From NCBI GenBank assembly GCA_963807645.1, contig CAWECO010000002.1:347726-411725 (forward strand): a stretch of DNA of 64,000 bases, read 5' to 3'. The stretch's first letter is position 1, and every line of letters begins with the position of its first letter. This document shows positions 21,055 through 31,741 of the stretch, in pieces. The notes under the pieces are model-generated. The model was not told the origin of the DNA and made no database searches. It saw only the letters and a program-made list of their open reading frames with translations. Origin of the DNA: an uncultured Gemmatimonadales bacterium. Its GTDB lineage: Bacteria > Gemmatimonadota > Gemmatimonadetes > Palauibacterales > Palauibacteraceae. Both the position numbers and the translations under genes were made by a program.

Positions 21055-21519
21055 ATGAATCTCACGGAATACCTGGCCGAAGAACGAGTCGTTACCGACG
21101 TGGAGGATGACGACGTGCGGGGCATCCTTAAACAGTTGCTGGCCCCGGTCGCCGACCAGGGCCCTGCGGCGACGACGGAGACCGTACTGGCCGCCCTGCT
21201 CGCGAGGGAGAAGGTGCTCAGCACCGGCATCGGGCATGGTATAGCCATCCCGCATGCGATCAGTTCCAGCATCCGCGAGCCGCAGGTGCTCCTGGGGATC
21301 TGCAAGGACGGCGCGGATTACCGCTCGGTGGACGGCGAGCCCGTTCACGTGTTCTTCGTCCTCCTGTCGCCCCCCGACCGGGCGAGTCACCATACGCGAC
21401 TGCTTGCGCGAATCGCACGACTGGGAAGAGATCAGGCTTTCGTAGACGGGTTGCGACAGTGCGCCGATCCCGCATCGGCGGTCGAGTACATATCGCAGTA
21501 TGAGCGCACACACGCGTGA
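21055..21519 (+). CDS. ptsN: PTS EIIA(Ntr)-type nitrogen regulatory protein
   Basis: ATG at 21055 within ORF 20176..21519. EIIA-2 fold sequence with the phospho-His motif GHGIAIPHA. Confidence 0.8.
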   Translation: MNLTEYLAEERVVTDVEDDDVRGILKQLLAPVADQGPAATTETVLAALLAREKVLSTGIGHGIAIPHAISSSIREPQVLLGICKDGADYRSVDGEPVHVFFVLLSPPDRASHHTRLLARIARLGRDQAFVDGLRQCADPASAVEYISQYERTHA

Positions 21520-21645
21520 TGAACCGGCGGACACAGCCATCTCCTTTCCCGGCGATCATCTCGATGGCCCGCATCGTGCGCTCTCGGCCGGAAGAGAGTT
21601 GTCCTTAGGGATCTTTGGGGGCATCTTGAGGCGATCGTTCCCCTC

Positions 21646-22113
21646 ATGGAACCGGGAGGTTCGGTGACCTTCTACGAGATATTGGTCATCCTGTCGCTGA
21701 TCCTTTGGATCTTGCTCAGCGCCATCGCCATCTTCGGCATGCTTGCGTTGATTCCCCGGTTGTTGAGGGTGACAGGGCAGATCGAGGAAGCGGCGGGCGA
21801 ATTTCAGCGCAAGGCGCTCCCCGTGCTCGATCAGTCGCAGGGGCTGCTGGACCAGGTTGGCACCGTGGCCACGTCACTGGTAGACGATGTGGGGCGAATC
21901 GACCGGACGGTGATTCGGGCGACGAGTTCGGTGGAGAGCATGGTCGAGCTGGCGGAAGACCGAGTGTCCGAGATCAACGCCCTCCTCGAGGTCGCCGTCG
22001 AGGAAGCGGAGGAGACGTTCTTCTCCACGGCGGCCATCATGCGCGCACTCAGACTGGGTGGTCGAGGAAGGAAGAGACGCAAAGTGCGCACGGAGCGCAG
22101 GCGCCTGGGTTGA
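21646..22113 (+). CDS. membrane-anchored coiled-coil protein (DUF948-like)
   Basis: 155 aa with one N-terminal TM (ILVILSLILWILLSAIAIFGML), then a helical region and a basic tail. Family assignment is tentative. Confidence 0.45.
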   Translation: MEPGGSVTFYEILVILSLILWILLSAIAIFGMLALIPRLLRVTGQIEEAAGEFQRKALPVLDQSQGLLDQVGTVATSLVDDVGRIDRTVIRATSSVESMVELAEDRVSEINALLEVAVEEAEETFFSTAAIMRALRLGGRGRKRRKVRTERRRLG

Positions 22114-23108
22114 GCGGCAAATCACTCGTTGGAAGCGTAGTCGTCGCGGCGGCGCTGCTCCTGCTCGTTCCTGACGCGGCATTCGCCTGGGGACCGGCCA
22201 CTCACACCCAGATCGGGATCGAGATCCTCAGGTCACTGGACCTATTCCCCTCATCGATCGCCGCCGTCATTGCCCGGTATCCGATCGACTTTCTTTACGG
22301 TAGCCTCGCGGCCGATATCTCGATGGCCAAGAAGTACGCGCCTGTCGGACGGCACTGCCATCACTGGCACGTGGCACGCGAAATCCACCGGGCGGCGGGA
22401 CGAGACGAGCGCCTTCGCTCGGCGATGACCGGCTACCTGTGCCATCTCGCCGCAGACGTCCTGGCACATAACACGTTCGTCCCGCGAATGCTGACTCTCA
22501 CCCCTTCCACGCGTGCGCTCGGACACTCGTACTGGGAACATCGGATGGATGTGGACGTGGGCCCGGAGTACGCGCAGTTGGCCCGCTGGATCGTCACTCG
22601 GTTCGACCACTCGGGCACGGACGCCCTGTTTCACAGAGTCCTGTCCAGCACTCTGTTCACGTTTTCGACCAACCGGCGGATCTTTCGCGGGATGATTCGG
22701 ATATCGGGAAACGAGAGTTGGCACTCGATCTTCGACACCGTGATTGACAACTCTCGCTGGGACCTGGACCCAACTCAGGTGGTCCACTACCAGCGTCACG
22801 GGTTCGAGATGGTGGCCGATTTCCTGCTCAGGGACGAGTTGTCCCGGGCCGCGGCCGAGGATCCGATCGGAGACCAGCGGCTGACCGAAGCCAAGAGGAT
22901 CCGCCGCCGTGTTCTCCTGGCCGAGGGCTGGCAGAGTCCCGAAGCCATCCTCGCCACGGCTGACGACCATTTTCCACTCCCGGCCGGGCCTACTCGGCTG
23001 TGGGAGGAAAGAGGCGGCGCCAACCGCGAAGCCATCGATTCCGTCGAACGCGCGATCAGCCGGAGTGGCGCGGATGCCCCACGTGAACTGGACGCGATCT
23101 TCGGGTGA
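22110..23108 (+). CDS. zinc-dependent phospholipase C-like family protein
   Basis: TTG at 22110 overlaps the upstream stop (TTGA). Signal-like N-terminus then AWGPATH...; several His clusters (HCHHWH, HLAADVLAHN) as in Zn-PLC-like proteins. Confidence 0.6.
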   Translation: MSGKSLVGSVVVAAALLLLVPDAAFAWGPATHTQIGIEILRSLDLFPSSIAAVIARYPIDFLYGSLAADISMAKKYAPVGRHCHHWHVAREIHRAAGRDERLRSAMTGYLCHLAADVLAHNTFVPRMLTLTPSTRALGHSYWEHRMDVDVGPEYAQLARWIVTRFDHSGTDALFHRVLSSTLFTFSTNRRIFRGMIRISGNESWHSIFDTVIDNSRWDLDPTQVVHYQRHGFEMVADFLLRDELSRAAAEDPIGDQRLTEAKRIRRRVLLAEGWQSPEAILATADDHFPLPAGPTRLWEERGGANREAIDSVERAISRSGADAPRELDAIFG

Positions 23109-23117
23109 CGGGCTGGT

Positions 23118-25446
23118 TCACGCCGGCCGGAGACCGGCGTGGGCGACCATGACTTTGCGGCGAATTCCGTCCGCGAACTCGATTTCCGCACGGGTCAGGC
23201 GGCCTTCGCCCGTGATCGAGAGGATCTGCCCGTCGCCGAACCTCGGGTGCACCACGCTCGCCCCCGCTTCGAGTCGCAGTTCCTCCTGCGAATCCGAGTA
23301 ATCGTAGCGTAGGGTTCCCGGCTCTGCCGACGCTGGAGGGCGTTTTCCCCCGCGGTGCCAGTCGAAGGCCCCCCCGCCCGATCCCGACCACCCTGCGCCG
23401 CTCCCGACTGACCGGCTCGGATCCCCAAAAGCGCCAGACCCCACGTCGGTTCGAGGACCGCGAGGCGTCTTCCTCGAACCCGTGGAGCGTGAGGCGAAGC
23501 GGCCGGGACGAGAGGTCACCGACCGATACTGAACCGGCCCATCGGGAAGCTCTTGAAGGAACGAGGATGGCTCGGCCCGCATTTCGTTTCCGTAGCGCCA
23601 GCGTCGGTCGGCGTGCGTGATGAAGAGGCGGTCTTCGGCCCGCGTCACGCCGACGTAGAACAGGCGGCGCTCCTCCTCGAGCTCCTCGCGGCTCTCCATC
23701 GCGCGGGCAAGCGGAAACAGCCCGTCTTCCATCCCGACGAGAAAGACCACGGGGAACTCGAGGCCCTTGGCGTTGTGAAGCGTCATGAGCGTGACGCCCG
23801 CTTCCCGATCGTCATAGTCGTCAATGTCGGCGTGCAGCGCGGCGGACTGCAGGTAGAGCTCGAGGTCCGTCGAGTCCTCCAGCGCGTCCTCGACCTCGGC
23901 CGGATCGAAGGCCGCGGCGGCCGCCAGCAACTCCGTGACGTTGGCGATTCTGTCGGCTCCGTCCTCCTCGGTCTCGAGGGCGGCAACCATCCCGAAGCTC
24001 CGGATGCACTCCCGGATCACTTCCTCCGTCGTGCTCTCCCGGGCCAGCTCGGCCAGCGCGTTGACCCCGGCCGCGAAGTCTTCCAGCGAGCGCCCCCCGG
24101 CTGGCGGCATGCCCTCGAAGGTCTTCGCCATCTCGGCCGCTGCCAGAAGGGTGAGCGATCGAGCCTCTGCCGCGGCCCGAAGCCGGTCAAGGGTCACGCC
24201 ACCCACGCCGCGCCGCGGCCACGAGACGGCTCGCGCAAACGACGCTTCATCCGCCGGATTCACGGCAAGCTGCAGGTAGGACAGCACGTCCTTGATCTCT
24301 CTGCGCTCGTAGAATCGCACACCTCCCACGATCCGGTAGGGAATCCGGGCTCGTCTGAGGGCCTCCTCGAACGGTCTCGACTGAGCGTTCGTACGGTACA
24401 GGACCACGTGGTCCTCGAACGCCCTCCCCGCCCCACTGGACTGCACTTCACCGACCACCCAATTCGACTCTGCGCGCTCGTCTGACACTCGAATCACCTG
24501 GACCGGTTCACCCTCAGGCCTCCGGGTGCGCAGCCGCTTCTCCTTCCGGTCCTGGTTGTTCGCGATCACCGCGTTCGCGACCTCGAGAATCGCGGAAGTC
24601 GACCGGTAGTTCTCCTCGAGCCTGACGACTTCGGCGCCTGGAAAATCGCGCTCGAAGTCCAGGATGTTCCGAATATCCGCCCCTCGCCACCCGTAGATCG
24701 ACTGGTCGTCATCTCCCACCACGCAAATGTTGCCGTGCCCGGCGGCCAGTCTCTTCACTATGCGGTACTGCGCGTGGTTCGTGTCCTGGTATTCGTCGAC
24801 CAGCACGTGGCGGAACCTCGAAGCGTACCGATCACCCACCTCCGGCACTTCCTCCAGCAGGCGCGCGGCGTTCGCCAGCAGGTCGTCGAAATCGTACGCG
24901 TTCGATCGGGCGAGGATCCGCTCGTAGGCAGGGTAGACCCTGGCCGTAGCCTTGCGCCGCCAGGTCGAACGCCGATGCCGCATACTCGTCGGCCGACACG
25001 AGGGCGTTCTTGGCGTCCGAGATCCGGGCCCGGATCAGCTTCGGCGACCAGCGCTCTGTATCGAGGTCCGACTCTTCCATGGCCCGCTTGATCGCCCGGA
25101 GCGAATCGTCTTCGGCGTATATGGTGAAGTTGGCGCCACGCTTCAGGCGGTCCCCTTCCCGTCTCAGGAGACGCGCCGCGATCGAATGAAACGTCCCCAC
25201 CCACAGCCCTCTCGGCTCCTCACCGAGGAGGTCTGCGATTCGGTCACGCATGACCCCGGCGGCCTTGTTGGTGAACGTTACCGCTAGGATCTGCTGGGGC
25301 CGCTCGCCTTCCTCGCGAATGAGACGGGACACGCGGGCGGTGAGGACGCGCGTCTTGCCCGAACCGGCACCGGCCAGGACCAGGAGGGGACCAGCGCCGT
25401 ACTCCACCGCGTGTCGCTGCTCGGGATTCAGCGCCAGTCCGGTCAC
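23118..25446 (-). pseudogene. uvrD: UvrD/PcrA-type ATP-dependent DNA helicase, single frameshift
   Basis: The N-terminal piece (ORF 24832..25446, Walker A AGAGSGKT) and the rest (ORF 23118..24983, VLVDEYQDTN ...) join at about 24953 after removal of one base. Confidence 0.9.
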
Positions 25447-26628
25447 GCGTCCGAGCCCGCGAGGGGAATGGAGATGGCGAAGCTGGCGCCCGTCTCCGTC
25501 GGCTCCAGGACCACGGAACCCCTGTGCGCCTGCACGAAGATCCTCCGGACGAGCGACAGCCCCACCCCCCAGCCTCCCTGTTTGGTCGTGACCCCGACAT
25601 CGAAGACCCGCCTGCGCAGCCTGGGGTCTACCCCGGGGCCGTCATCCTCGAACCGGATGTGCGCCACTCCGTCTTCCACTCCAAGCCAGCTCACCGCGAT
25701 TCGTCCATCACGACCTGCGAGCGAGTCGAGAGAGTTCTTGAAGAGGCTCTCGAACGCCCACTCGAGCAGAGTCTCGTTCCCCAGCACGGCCGGGGCGTCC
25801 TCGGGAATCAGGATCTCCAGTTTCACCTGCTCTCGCATTGAGGGCGTGCGCGCCCTGAAGTAACGGCCGAGCCGGTCGGCGACCTCGTAGATCGATACGG
25901 CTCGCAGGGCCGGCCTGCGCCCGATGAGCTCGAACCTCCGGGACACCTTCTCCAGGCGCCTGACATCGTCCTCCATTTCGCCGAGGACGTTGATCCCATC
26001 CGGACGCATGGCCTCTGCCGGGGCCGTCGCCTCCAACAACTCGAGCCAGCCGACCAGCGAACTCAGGGGAGTCCCCATCTGGTGCGCGGACTCCCTGGCC
26101 ATGGCCGTCCAGATGCGCTCACGTTCGCTTTGCGAGGAGGTGCGGATCATCCACACGCCCGTGCCCACGACCCCCAGGAGCAAGACCGCCTGCAACCACG
26201 GAATCCAGCGCAATCTCTGCAGGTAAAGCGGCTCTCCGTAGTGGACCGCGAAGTTGCGATCATCGTCTATCAGCGGCGGGTTCTCTTCGTCCAGCCGCTC
26301 GACGTAGCGCCGGACCCGATCCACGCTGGTCAGGATTCTCAAGGTCGGCGTCGAAGGGGAGATTTCGAATCAGGGTAGGAGCGCCCGCGGGGTCCGTCAG
26401 CACCACCGGAATGCCGAGGTCGTAGAGTTGTAGCAACAGCTGGAACTCCGCCTCGGCGGTCATGCCCTCCGGAGAGGCTACGGCCTGGACCACCTGGAAG
26501 TAGATCTGACTGAAGACCGTGGCGTTTGACCGCATCTCCAGTGAGAGCTGCCAGGTGTAGGCGAGATACGAAACCAGAACCGCTGAGAACGCGGCGACGA
26601 TGCCGATCGGTACCAGTCGCCGGATCAC
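25443..26628 (-). pseudogene. two-TM sensor histidine kinase, single frameshift
   Basis: ORF 26260..26628 carries TM1 and the periplasmic part; ORF 25443..26342 carries the rest of the sensor, TM2, HisKA (SAHQMGTPLSSL) and HATPase_c. Junction ...PFDAD|LRILTSVDRV at about 26343. Confidence 0.8.
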
Positions 26629-27905
26629 GAGATCGTCAGGCGCTCCTGTCGCACGTAGTCACGCAGGGCCTCGGGTACCAGAACGGACCCGTCCCTTTGT
26701 TGATTGTTCTCCAGCAGGGCCACCATGGTACGAGCCAGCGCCACGGCGGAACCATTCAGCGTGTGCAGGAACGCCGGCTTCCCCTTGCCCTCGGGACGAT
26801 ATCGAATCTCCGCCCGCCGAGCCTGGTAGTCGCTGTACGAAGAACAACTGGACACCTCGAGCCACTTCCCGACCCCCGCCGACCAGACCTCGAGGTCGTA
26901 GGTGATCGCGTTCGCGAAGCCAAGGTCCCCGGCCGGAAGCAGAATCCTCCGGTAGGGCAGCCCGAGCCGCTCCAGCACGGTCTCGGCGTGGCGCGTCAGC
27001 CGCTCGAGCTCGTCGACCGAATCTTCCGGCCGCGTAAAGCGCACGAGCTCGACCTTGTCGAACTGGTGAACCCGGAGCAATCCGCGCGTGTCCCGGCCCG
27101 CGGCACCTGCCTCTCGGCGAAAACACGGCGTATACGCAACGTACGCCCTCGGCAGGTCCTGGCCATCGAGGATTTCCCCGCGGTGCAGGTTGGTCACCGG
27201 CACCTCGGCGGTCGGGATCAGAAACAGGTCGTCCGGAACCGTCCGGTACTGATCGTCCTCGAACTTCGGAAGCTGGCCGGTACCGATGAGGCAGTCCCGG
27301 TTGGTCAGGAATGGCGGCGCAACCTCGGTATAGCCGTGCTCGGTCGTGTGGAGGTCGAGCATGAAGTCTATGAGTCCCCGGCTCAAACGGGCACCGGCCC
27401 CCATGAGCAGCGGGAAGCCCGATCCGGCGATCTTCGCTCCCCGCTCCAGATCCAGGATGCCGAGCCCGGAGCCAATGTCCCAGTGAGGTCGGGGCTCACA
27501 ATCCAGCTGTGGCGGATCACCCCACTCGCGGACGACCTCGAAGTCTCCTTCGTCGCCCACGGGAACCCTGGGGTCGGGAACGTTGGGGATTGCCAGAAGC
27601 TCGGAGCGAAGTTCCTGCTCCACCGTCTGGAGATCACCGTCCAGCTGCCGGATCCGATCCGCGACGCTCTGCATGTCGGCGATCAGCTCGGCGGCGTCCG
27701 CTCCCTCGCCCTTCCGACTGCCGATCTCTCGGGACACCTCGTTCCGCCGCGCCTTCAGGACCTCGACCTCTGAGATGGTCTCTCTCCGGCGCGCGTCCAG
27801 TTCGAGGGCGCGATCCAGGGCAGTCAGAACGCTCGGATCTCCACGGCGCTCCAGGCGCTCCCGGACATCGTCCGCCCCCGCGCGATACGCCCGGAGGTCG
27901 AGCAC
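26625..27905 (-). CDS. serS: seryl-tRNA synthetase
   Basis: 426 aa with an N-terminal coiled-coil arm and a class II core (motifs around FRREAG and GSAVAL). Confidence 0.95.
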   Translation of the reverse strand: MLDLRAYRAGADDVRERLERRGDPSVLTALDRALELDARRRETISEVEVLKARRNEVSREIGSRKGEGADAAELIADMQSVADRIRQLDGDLQTVEQELRSELLAIPNVPDPRVPVGDEGDFEVVREWGDPPQLDCEPRPHWDIGSGLGILDLERGAKIAGSGFPLLMGAGARLSRGLIDFMLDLHTTEHGYTEVAPPFLTNRDCLIGTGQLPKFEDDQYRTVPDDLFLIPTAEVPVTNLHRGEILDGQDLPRAYVAYTPCFRREAGAAGRDTRGLLRVHQFDKVELVRFTRPEDSVDELERLTRHAETVLERLGLPYRRILLPAGDLGFANAITYDLEVWSAGVGKWLEVSSCSSYSDYQARRAEIRYRPEGKGKPAFLHTLNGSAVALARTMVALLENNQQRDGSVLVPEALRDYVRQERLTIS

Positions 27906-28467
27906 CTACTCCTCTGCCCCCGGAACCAGCTTCCGCTTCTCGCAGTTCGGATTCACGAGGTGGCGAAACAAGACCGTTCGTTCGCCTGCATCGATCTCCA
28001 GGATCTCGATCTTGGCGAAATTACGGCATCGGATAGACCCGAACACAGGATTCCGCCGGCTGCGCGCCGCGAACACGTCTCCTGACGGCCACGGGCACGG
28101 AGTCAAGCTGGACGTAACCCTCCTCCGGAGCTTCGGTGAGATCGTCGAACGTGCGGGAGCTGAGTTGAAGTCCCGAGTCCTCGTCTTCCTCTATGATCGC
28201 GCTGCGGGGCCACAACAGCGTGCTGCCATCCTCCGCGATCTGGAACAAGAAGTCCCAGCCCGAGAACTGATCCGTCCGCACGGACTCGCCGCTGATGATG
28301 TCGAACGCCGACGGGTCACCGATGGAACCGGTAGTGACGTCCACCATGACTGACTCGCGGGTCTCGTCAGGGATCGGAATCAGAATCGGCTCGGTACCGC
28401 TGCCACAGCCGGTCAGCGCCACGACCGCGGCCAGTCCAGCCACCGGAATATATCGAATCACAGACAA
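27906..28467 (-). pseudogene. lipoprotein of unknown function, probable frameshift near the C-terminus
   Basis: ORF 28021..28467 has a lipobox (VALTGC). Its Arg-rich tail is replaced, in the frame one base downstream (net +1), by a globular-looking continuation (ORF 27906..28106) that ends exactly at the serS start. Confidence 0.5.
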
Positions 28468-28602
28468 TGAAAAGCTCCTCTCGAGTGCTCCTCGGCCGAA
28501 AGATAGCAGAGTTTCTCACCAGCGCGAGGTCCAGTACCTTACTCTGCATCGCCAGTTACTCGCGTCAGCGAGCCCGGTTCCCCTTTCGAGCCCGACAGGT
28601 TC

Positions 28603-29649
28603 TTGACCGAGATGATCTCATCCCACGATTGCTACGCCGTAGTCTTGGCAGGTGGCGAGGGTAGCCGGTTCTGGCCGGCGTCGCGGCCCGATCGACCCAA
28701 GCAGTTGCTGGCTCTCGGCAGTGGGCAGCCACTGATCCAGGACGCCCTCGAGCGGGCCGAGTCCCTGGTCGGACCCGACCGCGTCCGGGTCGTCGCCGGC
28801 GAGCCGCTCGTGGAGTCCCTGTGCCTCGCGGCTCCCGGTTTGACCGAGGCCCGTTTCCTGGTCGAGCCGACGCCGCGAAATACCGGTCCTGCCCTGGCCT
28901 GGGCGGCGTTCGAGATCGAGAAGCTCAGCCCTGGCGCCCTGATGATCTCTCTTCATTCCGACCACCTCATCCGGCCCATCGACGAATTGGCGCACACGAT
29001 CGACCGGGCTCTTCCGGCAGCCCAGCGCGGGGCCCTGGTATGCCTTGGAGCCCAACCCGACCGGCCGGAGACGGGATACGGTTACGTGGAGGTCGGGGAG
29101 TCAACGGGAGACCGGTTGTGGCGGGCCCGCCGCTTCGTCGAGAAGCCTGACCTCGAGACCGCGGAGTCCTATCTGGGTGCCGGCGGCTTCTTGTGGAATA
29201 CAGGGATCTTCGTCTGGAGGGCGGCCGACTTGCTGGCCGCCGTTCGTGATCTCGCACCCGAGATCGCCGATGCGATGCCCCTGTTGGAGAGTGCTGGCCC
29301 CCGAGCGTTCTTCGAGGCGGTCGCTCCCATCAGCATCGACGTAGCCGTGATGGAACGAGCCGCAGCCGTCGAGGTGGCTCTGGCCAGTTTCGCCTGGGAC
29401 GACGTGGGCTCGTGGAATGCCCTGGCGCGCACACGCGCCGCCGATCCCCAGGGGAATGTGATGGTCGGATCGGCGCAGGCTGTCGATGCTTCCCGAAACG
29501 TGGTGTGGAGTGAGGACGGAACGATCGTCCTGTACGATGTCGACGATTTGGTCGTGGTACAGTCCGGAGACGTAACGATGGTCACGCGGCGTTCAGCGGC
29601 TGCCCAGTTGAAAGAGCTTGTGGGCCACCTGCGTGCGGGAGATCGGTGA
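28603..29649 (+). CDS. mannose-1-phosphate guanylyltransferase-like NTP-transferase
   Basis: 348 aa with the motif AVVLAGGEGSRFWP...RPKQLL. The start may be ATG 28612 rather than TTG 28603. Confidence 0.8.
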   Translation: MTEMISSHDCYAVVLAGGEGSRFWPASRPDRPKQLLALGSGQPLIQDALERAESLVGPDRVRVVAGEPLVESLCLAAPGLTEARFLVEPTPRNTGPALAWAAFEIEKLSPGALMISLHSDHLIRPIDELAHTIDRALPAAQRGALVCLGAQPDRPETGYGYVEVGESTGDRLWRARRFVEKPDLETAESYLGAGGFLWNTGIFVWRAADLLAAVRDLAPEIADAMPLLESAGPRAFFEAVAPISIDVAVMERAAAVEVALASFAWDDVGSWNALARTRAADPQGNVMVGSAQAVDASRNVVWSEDGTIVLYDVDDLVVVQSGDVTMVTRRSAAAQLKELVGHLRAGDR

Positions 29650-29650
29650 G

Positions 29651-30883
29651 ATGAAGCTCTACCTGTTCGATGATGCAGTCGCCGACGGTTGGCATCCGTT
29701 CTCGCTCACACGGCCGTGCTCCGAACTGCTCTTCGGTACCCTGCTCCTCCGAGAGCGCATCGAGCGGTTCGCCGGCCGTCCAACCACCGCGGTTCTCACG
29801 CGGCCGTGGCTCGCCGGTTTCAAGGAGCCGGGCGCCCCGAGCGTGATCGAGCGCGGTTTCCGGGGTGCCGATGGCGAACGGCTGCTGATCTCGTCGCGCT
29901 TCGTCCCGTCGGTCGATGCTCGTTTCGAGGGACGCGGAGAGACACCCGTCCTTCTCCGCACGGACGACGAGATCGTAGGATGCTACCTGCCGGCTGGAGT
30001 TTCCGGCCCGGAAGCCGCATGGCTCGAGGCTCCGGACGACCGTGCCGGGGCGTCGACGTGGAAGACGACTCGCGTCGAGGGCGGACATCTGGATACGGCG
30101 TGGAGGTTCGTGGCCGAAAATCCCGGCCGTCTCACGGCGGACCTCGCGGGGGATGCCGTGAACCGGGGGGGGGTCGAGCGTCTGCCGGAGGGCACGTGGA
30201 AGCTGGGACCTCACCCTCTCATTCTCGGCGCGGACGTGCACGTCGAGCCGGGGGTTCTTTTCGACACGCGCACCGGGCCGATTCGGCTTGCTGACGGCGT
30301 GGATGTGAGGACCGGATGCCGACTCGAGGGCCCACTCTACGTGGGGGCGTCCACGATCCTTCTGGGTGGAACCATAGGCATGTCGAGCATTGGTCCCGTA
30401 TGCAGGCTGCGGGGAGAGATCGAGGAATCGGTCATCCTCGGCTACACGAACAAGGCGCACGACGGATTCCTCGGTCACTCCTATCTTGGACGGTGGGTCA
30501 ACCTCGGAGCCATGACCACGAACAGCGACCTCAAGAACAATTACGGTTCCATCCGTATCGGCGGGCCTGACGGTCCCGTCGATACGGGCCTGCGCAAGCT
30601 CGGCTGTCTATTGGGCGACCACGTGAAGACGGCGATCGGGACGCGGCTCAACACCGGTACGATCGTGGGCGCCGGCTCGAACCTGTTCGGTGACTCCCTT
30701 CCCCCTGCCTGGGTATCACCTTTCTCGTGGGGCTCCGACTCAGAAGGACCCTCGCACGAGCGCGATCGCTTCCTGGCGACCGCTCGGCGGGTCATGGAGC
30801 GCCGGGATGTCGAGTTCGACGAGACTACCGCGGCATGGCTGGCGGCGTGCTGGGACACCGCGGATCGGGGCGACGCCGTTTGA
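29651..30883 (+). CDS. putative sugar-nucleotidyl/acyl-transferase with left-handed beta-helix repeats
   Basis: ATG 29651 lies 1 nt after the upstream stop. The C-terminal half has hexapeptide-like repeats (LGHSYLGRWVNLGAMTTNSDLKNNYGSIRIGG). Confidence 0.6.
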   Translation: MKLYLFDDAVADGWHPFSLTRPCSELLFGTLLLRERIERFAGRPTTAVLTRPWLAGFKEPGAPSVIERGFRGADGERLLISSRFVPSVDARFEGRGETPVLLRTDDEIVGCYLPAGVSGPEAAWLEAPDDRAGASTWKTTRVEGGHLDTAWRFVAENPGRLTADLAGDAVNRGGVERLPEGTWKLGPHPLILGADVHVEPGVLFDTRTGPIRLADGVDVRTGCRLEGPLYVGASTILLGGTIGMSSIGPVCRLRGEIEESVILGYTNKAHDGFLGHSYLGRWVNLGAMTTNSDLKNNYGSIRIGGPDGPVDTGLRKLGCLLGDHVKTAIGTRLNTGTIVGAGSNLFGDSLPPAWVSPFSWGSDSEGPSHERDRFLATARRVMERRDVEFDETTAAWLAACWDTADRGDAV

Positions 30884-31710
30884 GGGTCGCGACCCTGGGA
30901 AGCGGCAGCCGCGGCAATTCCGTGTTTGTCGAGTGCGGCCAGACACGGTTTCTCGTGGACGCCGGCTTCAGCGGTTCGGAGATCGCCCGCCGGCTCGACC
31001 TTCTGGGCGTCGCGCCCGAGTCGATCCAGGCCGTCGTCGTCACGCACGAGCACCGGGACCATACGGCGGGCATCGGGATCGCAGCCCGTCGCTGGGACTG
31101 GCCTCTCTACCTGACGCCCGTCACTGAGCGTGCCTGCTCCGCTCTCCTGAGAGGTTCGGAGACGGTGCGGCACTATGAGGGCGAAGTGCCCTTCAAGCTC
31201 GGGGAGGCACGGATTCACCCGTCATCCACGTGTCACGATGCGGCAGACCCGGTGGCGCTCACGATCCTGGATCCCGAGAGCGGATTGAAACTGGGCGTCG
31301 CGACTGACCTGGGTCGGGCTACGACGCCCATCCGGAATGCACTGGCGGGGTGTCACTTTGTCGTACTGGAGTCGAATCACGACGAGATCATGCTGCGGGA
31401 AAGCCCGTATCCGTGGTCGGTCAAACAGCGGATAGGCGGCAGTCGCGGTCACCTGTCGAATCGGCTCGCCGCCGAGCTGGCCGCCGACCTGCTCCACCCG
31501 GCCCTCGGTGGATTCCTCCTCGCCCACCTGAGCGACGAGTGCAACGCACCATCGGCTGCCGTGCAGCAGGCCAGAAAGCGACTCGCCCGAGCAGGATATC
31601 GAGGCGTGGTGGACGTCGCCCCACAGGACCAGCCGTCCCCCTTATACGACGTAGCGGCGCTGGTGGACGTGGCGCGAAACGGCGGTCCTCAGTTGCAGCT
31701 GTTCAGCTAG
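30880..31710 (+). CDS. MBL-fold metallo-hydrolase
   Basis: TTG 30880 overlaps the upstream stop (TTGA). Motif VVTHEHRDHTAG (HxHxDH). Confidence 0.75.
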   Translation: MRVATLGSGSRGNSVFVECGQTRFLVDAGFSGSEIARRLDLLGVAPESIQAVVVTHEHRDHTAGIGIAARRWDWPLYLTPVTERACSALLRGSETVRHYEGEVPFKLGEARIHPSSTCHDAADPVALTILDPESGLKLGVATDLGRATTPIRNALAGCHFVVLESNHDEIMLRESPYPWSVKQRIGGSRGHLSNRLAAELAADLLHPALGGFLLAHLSDECNAPSAAVQQARKRLARAGYRGVVDVAPQDQPSPLYDVAALVDVARNGGPQLQLFS

Positions 31711-31741
31711 CCCGGCCCGGCGCCTTGCCGGAAACGACGGA

